From the NCBI GenBank assembly GCA_038496445.1, contig JALMLS010000561.1, forward strand, positions 62,001 through 126,000: DNA of 64,000 nucleotides, read 5' to 3'. A program made the translations under genes and the position numbers. This DNA comes from Trichosphaerium sp. ATCC 40318 (lineage: Eukaryota > Protista > Tubulinea). Below are positions 1-11,336 of this stretch, one piece after another (position 1 is the first letter of the stretch; each line of letters opens with the position of its first letter). Below the pieces are notes generated by a model. That model did not search any database, was not told the DNA's origin, and saw only the letters and a list, made by a program, of their open reading frames with translations.

Positions 1-338
1 CCCACATTAACGGATGATGAAGTTGTTCAGCTCTAAGCTCTGGATTCTTCTCAAGCAACCAAGTGACGTGCTTTGAAGCCTGGAACCAGTTCGTTTACGA
101 GCAACAGAAAAAAAATCCAAAAACAGCTAGATACGCGCTAGTTATGATGTACCTCTTTAATGAGCTCTTTATCAATAACGTTTCGCACTAAAACAACAGT
201 GTGACACTTTAAAAATTAAATCAAGCGCGTAGCGAACCTATAACATAGCCATCTCTTTCAAAACGCTTTGCTATGTCGTCACCTTGCTCTTTATCCATTG
301 TTTGGGTTGTTTTGAACCGTAAACGAATTCGTTTGAGC

Positions 339-693
339 AAAAAGTCTGACAGTTTCCTTCCATCCCGCACCAGCCAGAGAATGTGATTGCTACTACCATA
401 CTGTGGTCTTAGGTCTTACAGTACAAGACTACGCATATGGGTACTAATCGCGTAGAGCTTTAGAGTGGAGTAGGCTGCACGCGTGGTATGGTTCGTAACC
501 ACGCGTACAGCTGTTTTCCACAGATACAGGGAAATAAATTCCTGAGAAAAGTGAGGAAATGCATCCATTGTTCGTTTGCCTAACAAGTTTCATGAGTTTA
601 AATGCAAAAGACGACACTAAAACTGTTTGTTTCTTTTGTTTTACGACTCAGCGGGAAAATTAACGTCACAAAGGATCGGAGACTCTCACCACA
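339..693 (-). ncRNA. Candidate structured ncRNA (unknown family)
   Basis: Perfect DUSE-like ACCCACAA on the - strand at 745-752. Hairpins at 474-511, 429-455 and 413-429 gain G-U pairs only on the - strand. 5' UGUGGU can pair with ACCACA (402-407). T5 run at 339-343. No convincing ORF. Confidence 0.45.
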
Positions 694-1086
694 AGAATAT
701 ATGTTTTCCCAACTCATCAGAGTGTTTTTGATAGTAAAAAGGAGTTGTGGGTAGGGTAAAATACGTACATTTGCAAGAAGTGATGCGAGAGTAGTGAGAT
801 TGAGAAATAATGTTGATATGAGCTTAATCACGATTAAGTGCGCAAAAATCTGTTGTTTTGGTGACACATGGCGTCCGCTCACGAGGCTCTGGACCTTGTC
901 TATGTGGAAAACGTCGGTGCGAAGTGAGTGTCAAAAATCCAACATTTTCGTTTGACTAGTTTTGAAGAGAAAGCTCATTGGTATACGTAAGTAACCTTAC
1001 TGCGCGTAGATTCGCTTATTTAACGCGTTATTAGACACGCCTATCGCCAAAAACATTGTCAAAGTATCAATAGCGTCTAAAATATC

Positions 1087-2000
1087 ATGATTCTCCTTGG
1101 ATTAACGGGAGGCATCGCCTCAGGCAAAAGTACAGTAAACAAAATGTTTGAGTTACCAATGATCGATTTGGACGTCATATCGCGTGAGATATTTGTTCCA
1201 GGACATAGCGCGTACAAACAAACGTTCGTACATAAATTTTTAGCAGTGTTTTAGTTTATTTAAGCCTAAATCGCCTGTAGGGTGGCTGAATTCGGTAAAG
1301 ACATCTTAAATGAGGACGGAACAATTAACCGAAAAAAGCTTGGCGCTATTATCTTTAATGACGCTGCACAACGCAAAAAACTGAACAAAATAACGCATCC
1401 AGCCATTTTTACGTCTATGGTAAAGCAAATATTATGGCATTTCATAATCGGAACGAAAATCCTTCTTATTGATTCACCTCTGTTATTTGAAAGTGGTTTA
1501 TCAAAATGGATGAAGCACACCATTGTGGTTTATGTACCACCAGATCTTCAATTGGAACGGTACCATACCAATCGCACAAGTTGCCTTTTTTTGAAGTGTT
1601 CGAAATTCTATTCAAAAAAAAAATACTTGTAGTCACAACTCCTTGTTCCTCATCTCGTTTTGCATAGACTAATGGGACGTGATAAATCAACATCTGAAGA
1701 AGCACAACAACGTATTAGTTCTCAAATGACGTTAGACAAGAAGAAATCAATGGCAACTTATGTTATCAATAATTCAGGAACACTTGAGGCACGTGATGAG
1801 TTTTTAGGTTTTTTTTTATTTATTTTACCGATGCTTTCAATGTCGATATTGGAATATAACACTTGTTGCAGGAAACAAAAATGCAAGTGAAACGGCTTAA
1901 AGAAAAGTTAAATAACTCTACTGTATTATTGAGTAGGAACAACTTATTAATGCTATGTGCTGTACCATTATTGTACTATGCTTACCAACTTGTAATGTAA
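1087..2000 (+). CDS. DCAKD: Dephospho-CoA kinase (DCAKD/CoaE), 4 exons
   Basis: [18 protein letters not shown]-loop, [38 protein letters not shown]-terminal hydrophobic tail. Third intron is GC-AG (1789-1871). Confidence 0.93.
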
Positions 2001-2611
2001 CTGAATTTTTTTCACATGCTTTGTAAAATGTATTTGATGTCTATTTTGCGTAATGACATGACACGGTAAAACAAACATTGGCTGTTTATCCTAAACACCA
2101 ACGCTGCAATAACACCAACTGCACTTTGTATTGTAGAGCACGGTAGCGGAAGCCTATCGTCTTCGTAATACTTTGCTCCGTTTGTTGAATAAATTAGTTC
2201 CGCAATTCTCTCGCTGGATTACCCACTACGCCAAAATTATACTCCCTAAATGACGTAGAACATTATGTGATATCTGGTATCTGTTTCGCATTTTCCTGAA
2301 AAAATAGTCGCTTTTACTTTCAGCTGTGATTTTCGACCTTGGGACGGTGACCGAATAGATTTTGCTCGCGAATGCGTCCAGTAATAGTTTTATATGTCTA
2401 CGTTGTGCTTATACATCATATATGCGCTATTTTTGTCACGAAGAAAAATACGGATGCCAAAACCTTTGCAATTTTCTTCGCGATTTCTTGCACTTTAATT
2501 CTACACTTTCAATACCGCTCAACGCAATTTTAAAGAACATTTTACTTTATTTTACAGGTTATTATCATATAATTTACTAATTTAAAATGTCTAGAAAAAC
2601 CAATAGGCGCA

Positions 2612-2779
2612 TGGTATGCGTTGTTGTGTACATTTTAGTTTGCAATGACATTTTTTTTGATCATACCACAATTAAAAATATGTGTTGCATGATAAATCAT
2701 GTTCAAGTGCAGCCAGTAAGTAACCTTCTCGGCCTTTTGGCTAAGATCAAGTGTAGTATCTGTTCTATTCAGTTTAATC
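2612..2779 (+). repeat. ~168 bp inverted duplication (partner 4051-4219): U2 promoter plus first ~58 nt of U2
   Basis: Near-identical reverse complement, seen directly. Confidence 0.95.
2664..2673 (+). promoter_or_regulatory. snRNA upstream element (DUSE/PSE-like) TACCACAATT
   Basis: ~59 nt upstream of the U2 start; 1 mismatch to the Dictyostelium DUSE WCCCAYAA; retained in the duplicate. Confidence 0.6.
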
Positions 2780-2914
2780 TCTGAATGGGGGACGAATGTC
2801 CCCCACAAGATTAAGCGAATTTTTTCCGGGGGCAGGGGATTGTCGGACTGGCTTGCCTTTCCACCCCTGCAATGATCTGTCAGGCCTTACACTACCCGCC
2901 AGATGAGGTCAACC
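2722..2914 (+). ncRNA. U2: U2 spliceosomal snRNA
   Basis: CUUCUCGGCCUUUUGGCUAAGAUCAAGUGUAGUAUCUGUUCU 5' end with branch-recognition GUAGUA; stem IIa (auucag/cugaau); stem IIb (ggggga/uccccc); Sm site AAUUUUUU at ~2818-2825; 3' stem-loops. 3' end approximate. Confidence 0.96.
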
Positions 2915-3034
2915 CCTTCTCTAAACAACAAAGAAAAACAATAGCCACCTTCGGAATGGGAAGGCAATCTCTATCTTAGTACCTAAATTTACTGAAAAAA
3001 TTTTATAAGTCGAAAAATTTTGCTAAATTTCGTT

Positions 3035-3057
3035 GATACTACACCTGATCTTAGCCA
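3035..3057 (-). pseudogene. Short U2-derived fragment (branch-recognition region)
   Basis: tggctaagatcaggtgtagtatc, 22/23 identical to U2 2738-2760. Confidence 0.7.
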
Positions 3058-3276
3058 TAAAATAAATCACTTTTTTTTTCGTTTTCGAAACCTGTCGGAA
3101 GAATACAGAATCAAATTGCTGTTGTGTGTTCTTCTACGTCTAAAAGCTATTAACAACTCATTACTTTTTTTTTCCGTTATCAACATGATTGGACTCGGAA
3201 TATTACGTCACTTACTTACAATACTCAGCTGTCACAAATACCTCGAACTCACTAAAACGTTTTTGAGCTTTAGCGG

Positions 3277-3641
3277 ATAATTGAAACATTAAAAAGCGCT
3301 AAAAAAGAGTTGTACGAGTTGTAAGAGTTTGTAACTAAACTCATTGATTCAAGTGTAAGTTCAAGTGGTAAACTCCACGGCCGTTTCATAGGAAAGGGTC
3401 GGTCAAGCGTGCCAATATCTTTTGTTAGACTAACACCTACGCGTTTTATAGTCCTTTTTAGTAAATAATTGTACACTAGTTAATGTGCATTGCTCTGATA
3501 GAATGAGTTAGATTAAGCGTACCATAAGTACTAGTCTCGAGTGTTCTGGCTGGTGTTCGGTGTACACAATTCTTAATGGTGTAGGGTGCTCTGGGTTAGT
3601 AAGGTGGGATGTTAAATACTTCGCCATAAGGATGTGGTTTA
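3277..3641 (+). ncRNA. Diverged member of the 17065-17351 structured RNA family
   Basis: Shares tgttagact...gtctcgagtgt, tggcYggtgttc, aatgg, gggYgctctg and gggttaNtaagg in the same order, with stems kept. Ends approximate. Confidence 0.55.
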
Positions 3642-4017
3642 TTGCCAGTGCTTTGTTGCATAGTCAACTTTGATAATGTACAAAACTGAGTAAGTATTGC
3701 AATTCTCCGAGTAATAAAACATAAATCTTGCGTCGTGTGCAGTAAATACTGCGTCTAGATAATTTGCGCTCTAGTCTAAACATAAATCACTGTTTTAGAG
3801 TGTACCATTTTCAATGTTCACTCTACCCAAAGCCAGATGTTGTTGCAAGCAATTTGTAGCATGCTGTAATTGTGCAACTCGAGGGAATTACCTTGCAATG
3901 TCTTCACTAAGATGTGGTGCTTTACAAATTCTTCAAAATTGGTGGTTGTACTGTAAGATCGGTCAAATAGAAACTGATAAACAGGAGCAAGTGGTTTTAG
4001 ATTTTTTTTTCTCTCTT

Positions 4018-4108
4018 GGTTGATCCTTCTATGATGCTTAGCTAAGATCCGATTAAACTGAATAGAACAGATACTACACTTGATCTTAGCCAAAAGGCCG
4101 AGAAGGTT
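4018..4108 (-). ncRNA. Truncated fold-back U2 variant (U2 nt ~1-58 plus self-complementary tail)
   Basis: Identical U2 5' end and promoter. Tail gatcttagctaa...agaagg pairs with ccttct...ttggctaagatc. No Sm site. Confidence 0.7.
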
Positions 4109-4631
4109 ACTTACTGGCTGCACTTGAACATGATTTATCATGCAACACATATTTTTAATTGTGGTATGATCAAAAAAAAATGTCATTGCAAACTAAAATG
4201 TACACAACAACGCATACCAAACAGCACATGTTTTTATTTAAGAAAGTTGGTTCATTAAGAAAACCACAAACTGAATGGGCCGTACAAACCATGTGGCACG
4301 AAAATATTAAGTCTTGGGCAAGCGCCATTATACAACAAATTTCAGATGCTTACAATTTAGCATTGCATTTACTTCCAAGGTAAAATGTACATGTTGTTCT
4401 AAAAGAAGTTTGTTCAACCCTAACCGTGTGGCAATAGTGGGTGGACCTTGTTTATTTCTTGAACGTACAAGGGTTTTTCTGAAAAGTGCAAAAAATAACG
4501 TGGTTTCAGTATTTGTGTAAATAAAGGGTTTGGCTTCTTAAAATGAAACAAAATTACAACGAAAACAAGCTTAGTTTATGAAAACTCTTTTGTTCTTTAT
4601 ACATTAATTACAGTTTATGCAAATATTAAAC

Positions 4632-7600
4632 TCAAGCTATACAATCGCCAATTAATGCAAAAATACTGACGCTGTATGCTTGTCGATTTGCCAAGTTAAG
4701 TAAATTGAATCTTGCACTAAGAAAAAAAGAGTAAGGTATGGAATGTTGTGTGACTTGTATTTCATGTCACGTACTCAATTGTGTATCCACCTCTACTTCT
4801 TGATACTACAATTCTATTAACGCCAGGAAGTGGCGTTGCAAGGTAAAACACATTCTATTAAAACAGTTAGTGGTATTTTTGACAAAACAATTAAAGAAAA
4901 AGTTGAGAAGTCTGTACATTGAAAATGAGTAAGCCCTGTCTTAAATCCATTGACATCAATCTACCTGACCCGATAACTCGGACATTACTAGAAAAAAGTG
5001 AGAAGAGAGAAACAAGTGTTTTGTTTAAGCGTACTCAAAGAGTGTCACAAATGGAGCCAAAGAATTTCTTTGCCTACCTCCATGAGTTACGCCAGACATT
5101 CTTATGGTTTGAGCGACAGGATCAAATGTAATTTTGGCATCATTGCCGATGCATGACATAGTCACACTATTCTAAAAATAGTAGTGTTAAACATTTCAAA
5201 GAGAAAACCGAAATAGTACCCGACTATTGCCACGACCCAATTGCATACAATCAGTGTAAGAATCTCCCATAGAAAATACACCTGTTGGAAACCCTTGAAG
5301 ACTGAATGGAGAACATGTCGAAACTGCGTTTGTTGGAGGCAGTGTTGTAGTTGGTGGCAGTGTTGTTGGTGATAGTGTTGTTGGAGGATTGGTTGTCATG
5401 GGTGCCATTGTTGTTGGAGGCGGTGTTGTAGGGGGGTCAGTTGTTACTGGAGGTAGTGTAGTTGGAGGCGGTGTTGTAGGGGGATCCGTTGTCATTGGTG
5501 GTAGTGTCGTTGGTGATAGTGTTGTAGGAGGATCCGTTGTCATTGGAGGTAGTGTTGTTGGTGCCAGCGTTGTAGGGGGATCAGTTGTTGCTGGAGGTAG
5601 TGTTGTTGGCGATAGAGTTGTTGGAGGATCCGTTGTCATTGGAGGTAGTGTAGTTGGAGGCGGTGTTGTAGGGGGATCAGTTGTTGCTGGCGGTAGTGTA
5701 GTTGGAGGCAGTGTTGTCGGGGGATCAGTTGTTGCTGGAGGTAGTGTTGTTGGAGGTAGTGTTGTCGGGGGATCAGTTGTTGCTGGAGGTAGTGTTGTTG
5801 GCGATAGAGTTGTTGGAGGATCCGTTGTCATTGGAGGTAGTGTAGTTGGAGGCGGTGATATTGGAGGTAGTGTAGTAGGTGATAGTGTAGTTGGAGGGTC
5901 TGTCGTTGTTACTGGGAAAATATCATCGCATTCTACTGTTGTTGAGCCGTGAACCCAATTAGGGAGGCAGTTTGCAAAGTTATTTGGAGAAACTGCGTAA
6001 ATGTTATCAAACACGTTTTTTTTTTCTGATTGTACCTCTTCTCCATGCAATTGCAGCTCTTAAAAGAATAGGAACACGTTCGCTGTTTGTACCATAGAAA
6101 CCAGCTCTACCAAGATAAGCCACTCTATTTGTCTCCCGAGGACATCCAGTCGACATAAGTGATGCTACAATAGCAAGTCAAAATAGATAGATAAATAATT
6201 ATTGTACCGTCATCTGGTACAATACTTCCTGGAGTACATCCATCTCCACCAAAACCACATCCGTCTATAGACTCAGTATTCTCATATCCAGGTATAGGAA
6301 CATTCAATCCTCCGTAACAATGAGAATGTTCACTGCCAGCGTTATGACCAATCTCGTGAAACATTACTTTCTAATACCGATTAGAGAAAGCTGAGTTTGG
6401 TTGCTTCTTGGGAAAGTACCATTGATCCAGAAGCAAATCTCCATCCAATAGACGAAGAAGTATATCCAGGTGCACAGAATACATTCAGACCAGCCAATCC
6501 TGAAGCTCCATTACTTATATCACTTCCGAAAATAACCATAGTTGACTCTCTTTCAATTGAATTCTTGGCGCTTTAAATAAAAAGTTAGTTTTTGGAACAA
6601 AAGTACTAAACGGGATTAGCATACGGTGTATCCCGGTATTGGTTTTCTAAGGCAGTCAATGCGGTTCCACTGTTACTTGTTATACCATTATACGGATCAG
6701 TGTCTATAAGAAAAAAGTGTGAGAGGCTTTATCAGTGTGATTTTTATGTTTACTTTCGTCTGTGTAATAGAAAACTGAAGCTAGTTTGAGTTTAAGTGCA
6801 AAGTCTCTTTCGAAAACCCAACTTCCCCATGCGTAAGTAGCAGTTACCCAGTCAACAACAAATTGTTCAGACTGACCAGAGTTACGTATTACATCAGATG
6901 TAATATCGACAGAATACTAAGTTGATCGAATAAGTTTAAAGCTTCGAAGTTGTAAAGGCAAAAAAAACATACCCTTGCTGTATAGTATGGCGCATGTAAA
7001 TCTAGGCCTGCATTATACGTGTACTTGAAAAAAGGAGATCCACCTCCTTGACGTTTTTCGTCTTCGGACACTCCATCGTGATAGTGGTCATGTTCATCGA
7101 AAGCACAAGATGTTGCTATTTCAAAAACAACATTAACTTTTTTTGGCGTGTTTAGTTTTCGAGCGTACTTGGTCTTTCGTCTTTAGAAGTACTTTTCTTT
7201 GAACTAAGGTCAGGAAAGAAGAAGTATTCGTTCATATATGCTATAGTGCTTCCCTGGGCATTGGCTGTACCATGTATGATTGTTGCAAACTGACTCTAAA
7301 CAAAAAGTAAATAATTATTAAACGAAAAACACGTGGATTAAAATAAAAGGTAGTACTTCATCATTGTAGCCTCCAAAAACTTGTAAAGTTTCTTTATCTA
7401 CCATTATAAAAGCTGCAGAATTATCTCTATCATTGGAGCTTGCGACATCACCGTAAAAATACCATTTATCTGGATAGTATGCGGGTTAGTACACTTTTGT
7501 TTTTGCGCTAAAAATAGAAACGGTTCAACTCGATTCCACGTGATTTTTCGAAACGACAATTGCTGCGGAATTATCCGTGCAGACTCAAAAATATCGATTT

Positions 7601-8015
7601 TCCCTGTAAAGAAGGCTAGCACATACTTGGGAGTGGTTGGAGTTCGTTGTCATTTCTTGTTATTGTTGTTGTTGATAGAAAAGGTGTATCGATTCTAAAT
7701 AGTTCAAACTGTAGAGAACCATCGCTTATTATCCACGTGACTGTATTAGCGCTGTTAATAGTGTCCTGGCATGATGAAGAAATATCAGTAAGGAACTCCG
7801 CCCAAGAGACAGTCATTTGGCGCTTGGCCGTCGACGCCGTAGCACCTACATTGTGGTTACCAAACGAGGTTTAAAGTGGAAAAAACAGCTTGCTAATTTT
7901 TTAATTTGTATGGCGTCAAAGGGATTCGTGGTTGTATGTGTGTGTAATTGCATTTCGTACATGTAAGAATCGACAAAAGAAAACAAAGAGCGATAAGCGT
8001 AGAGATGCTCTTCAT
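4632..8015 (-). CDS. Secreted M12B/reprolysin-like metzincin metalloprotease with Pro/Thr mucin stalk, multi-exon
   Basis: Signal peptide MKSISTLIALCFLL; HEIGHNAGSEH zinc motif; SLMS Met-turn; PTT repeats. Apparent 1-nt frameshift near 5133. Confidence 0.85.
5330..5910 (-). repeat. Coding tandem repeat, ~45 nt (15 aa TTDPPTTLxPTTLPP-like) units
   Basis: About a dozen units visible in ORF 5196-6050. Confidence 0.95.
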
Positions 8016-9106
8016 GTTGATCAGGTTGTTCCACTATGGTTTAATGCAGTTTTGGTCAATAAGTCTGCTTAACTAATCGATTCGTTTATGTGAACTTGTT
8101 TTCGGGTTTCCCCTCGACTGTTCTTTCCTTGTATTGTTCGTAAGAACAAACAATGCACGGTTAATATTTAGGAATTAAGAGGAGCAATGGTATCCTAGTT
8201 CGGAGATACAAAATACTTCCTAAAGAAAAAAGGTAAATAGTCAAACCCGTTTTGTAAAAATGCTCTACAAGTGGTAATGAAAGATATTTACAATGGTACT
8301 TCTATGATGTAAACGCTGTAGGTTTAAAATGATCATTTCACTTTCTTATCGCTATAACCAGCTCTTCTACGCGCTGAGACCCTGAAATACAACTTTTAAA
8401 ACTCCATGTATGAAAATCACGTGATACAAAATTAAAGCAGTTTTAATGGTTCAAGGTACATGTCACCATCAACTAGAACAACTTATCTAGCGTACTAGTT
8501 AAAGAACGCTACTTGTACAACATTGTTCTGTAGTATCAACAGAAGTTCTTCTGGTAATTCACTGGTGGTCAGCGTAAAGGCACATTCTAATGGTGTTTAA
8601 GAAAGTTAAGCCTCGGTCAGGTAGTGTCAATGGAGAAAAAAAAGCTTGTGTTAAGTTGAGAAGAAAGTACAAGATTGAACATTTACAACACTGCTCTTAT
8701 TTACAGCACTAACTGCGCAAAGAAAAGCTTTGATGGAATTCTCGTATTAACTCCGTAATTCAGCGTAGTATGCCGACTCATGCGACTTAACTTTAGAATC
8801 TAAAAACAAGGTAATGCTCTTTAAATATTTGCTGTTTAGTGCCAAGGTTGTGTTGCAAATGCGAAAACAATCATCTTAATGAGTGTATAAGATCATAATC
8901 AAGCTACCAGAGTATCCAAAAAGTGTTGTAATAGATCTTATGGAGGTCTGTCGTTCGAGGGAAAAGACAAAGTAGAAAGAAAATGACGTACGCTGGTATG
9001 TCAAAGTTTATATAAAACTCTTGACTACGATGATGGTATTCCCGTTGATGGTCTGTATCAGAATAGGATAAAACTCATACCCTGATTAGCAAGTGTACAA
9101 TCAAAG

Positions 9107-9457
9107 ATGGAAAGATTAAAGGATATCACACTGACTTTCTCCAGAGCAAAAAACTCTGAAACAATTACTTTTGAAAATGACGATGGAGCACAAACAACGG
9201 TCCTAATACTAACAAGGTCACTACCAGATCAACACGTACAGGACCTAAAGAATGGTATAAAAGTAGGAGAATTTTATTTTGATCATGGACAACATGAGTT
9301 TGATGATAAAGGCTTGCTTATCAAACAAGCTTTTCACTTTATGGCAGGGAGGAAAAGACGCATTCTCCTTCACGGAACACCTTCAAGCATTTTGTATGAA
9401 GTCAATAATTCAAGTATCTTGTGGAATGCAGTGGTGTTTTTAGGAAGCAGCTACTAG
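9107..9457 (+). CDS. Hypothetical intronless 116-aa ORF, possibly a remnant of a longer decayed ORF
   Basis: ATG-stop ORF with protein-like composition; no recognisable motif. Confidence 0.3.
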   Translation: MERLKDITLTFSRAKNSETITFENDDGAQTTVLILTRSLPDQHVQDLKNGIKVGEFYFDHGQHEFDDKGLLIKQAFHFMAGRKRRILLHGTPSSILYEVNNSSILWNAVVFLGSSY

Positions 9458-9568
9458 CTTTGAGCATAGTGACAAAAGCGGCTTATACTCTTGGCTTAAT
9501 AACATTAATGTCTTTAGACTTTGCACTTAAGGCCCGTCAAGTAGAATGTGATTAACAAATAAACAGAA

Positions 9569-9640
9569 GGAGACTTGGTGTCAATGGTAACATATGAGAA
9601 TGTGGCTCTCGAGTTCCGGGTTCGATTCCCGGAGTCTCCT
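9569..9640 (+). tRNA. tRNA-His (GTG)
   Basis: GGAGACT/AGTCTCC acceptor stem; TGAGA-ATGTGGC-TCTCG anticodon arm; CCGGG-TTCGATT-CCCGG T arm; discriminator T. Confidence 0.92.
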
Positions 9641-9651
9641 CTCTTCCCCAC

Positions 9652-9724
9652 GATCCTTTGTTGTAATTGGTTAGCATACTAGGCTCTGAATCTGGTGATC
9701 TCGGTTCAATCCCGAGAAGGATCT
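9652..9724 (+). tRNA. tRNA-Gln (CTG)
   Basis: GATCCTT/AAGGATC acceptor stem; CTAGG-CTCTGAA-TCTGG anticodon arm; CTCGG-TTCAATC-CCGAG T arm; followed by a T6 terminator. Confidence 0.92.
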
Positions 9725-10108
9725 TATTTTTTGCTTTCAGATTGTATGTTTTAAATGCAGGTAACATCGTATGTGAACAAGAGATTACATTAGAGTTTTT
9801 TTTATTTGGAATAAGACGCAGTGCTGTTGCATCTAATTTGTGTAGTATGTGTTTTACAATTGAATACTACTAATAGATATACGAGTGCACAATAGGGTAT
9901 CACTTGGGAGAACCAATCGTAGAGACTATAACAAAAGGATTGTAGAAAAAAGTGCTAGATTGGGAGGCTAGGTTTACCTTCATCAATTGTACACAAGGAT
10001 GACGGTTTAAAATCTGGCATACATGGCGAGGTGTGGAGGCGCAATTTACTTACATCCAAGTAACGCGACAAGATTTCTATTGACTTGTCGAAGCCATATT
10101 CAAATAAT

Positions 10109-10990
10109 ATGACAAGCATCACAGCTCTTATTTTACTGTTTTGTATCGCCGTAGTAAACGCTGATGTATGCGATGGTCATTTGTCATGCTCCACGTGTAC
10201 ATCAGAGACAAGCCAAACTTGTTATTGGTGTCCGGTTGACCAAAACTGCCAACTAACGGAATCTTGTACAACAGGCAACTCTGTATCTGATTGTACGATT
10301 TATCGAGTTATCACGTGATTATTTTTTGTTTAAAACTCATTTTTTTCAAATAAACCGTATAGGTAGCTGTAGAACAGCAAAAGGCTGTGAGACATGCGTC
10401 ACGATGCCTGGTTCATGCGGATACTGCAGGTACGTTGATCCTTACCTTCTGAGGAAAGTTTTCTGAGAAGGAACACCAAAAAAACGGTTTGTTGAATTTA
10501 GTAAGAGAGTTTTTTGTTAATTACTTCTTTTAGAACTACTGGGATGTGTTCTACAAGTATGGGATATTGTAGGTATAGCGATTGGGCTACTATTAGCCTT
10601 AGATGTAATTGGGATACTCACCTACGTACCATGAAATGAAGTGATTTTTTTTGAGTCTAACTTTTATTTTTTTGACCAGATTACAATGTTTCTCTGACTT
10701 TGGGCATCGTTATGGGTTGTGTTGCATGTGTTCTGTTTATAACTGTTGCATCTATCTTAATTATAAGACACAGAAGGCGCAGAAGCAAAGTTCTTGTTGG
10801 TACGAACAGTTCTTATTTATCAGTTGTCTTACTTTTTTTTCAAAAAGTTCCCATAACAACTTCTCAATACCCTCAATACGGTGCTTATACCCCAAATGTA
10901 TACCAACCACCCCAACCATATGGTGCATCTTACCAACCTGATGAGTATGCCCCAAGGTATAATCATCCTCAGCCGCCGGCTGTACACTAA
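10109..10990 (+). CDS. PSI-domain single-pass membrane protein with Tyr/Pro/Gln-rich tail (paralogue 1)
   Basis: Signal peptide, SCSTC...CYWC...C, second CxxC...CGYC module, TM segment then RHRRRR, QYPQYGAY tail. Confidence 0.85.
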
Positions 10991-11336
10991 ATAAAGGGTT
11001 TGAAAAAAGAAGTCACTACTAATTTAAAAAGCTTGCAACTCTGCTTGGTTTTGTTTTTGAAGCACGTGGCTCGTAGAACAATAGCTTCTTAAGCTAGAAA
11101 AGCTGCACTTACATTCTTTTCGAGTGTAGTATAGGCACAAAGTGGACAAAGAAGGAAAAAAACGTGCATGTTTTTTTTAGTTGCCAACGGCATAACTCGA
11201 GGCGTTAAACCCGTAAAAATAATACGACGGCGTTCCTTAGTTTTTAACGGCACTGGGAATACTAGAAACGGTCGGTCAAATTCGTTACACGAGCCGTTTT
11301 ATTAGTATTCAACGTATTAACGATTAGACGCACGCA

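Noticed and set aside
677-687. GAGAGUCUCC as RNase P/MRP CR-I
   Set aside because: Too close to the 5' end and no convincing CR-V partner.
2587-4186. Duplicated ORFs containing FFDHTTIKNMCC
   Set aside because: Spurious translations of the U2 promoter and gene duplication.
5140-5146. In-frame TGA as selenocysteine or recoding
   Set aside because: A 1-nt indel explains it better; other genes use standard stops.
5389-5952. Gly/Val-rich ORFs (also 59835-60752)
   Set aside because: Antisense shadows of the Pro/Thr repeats.
9552-9873. ORFs over 9.55-9.87 kb
   Set aside because: They overlap the tRNA genes.
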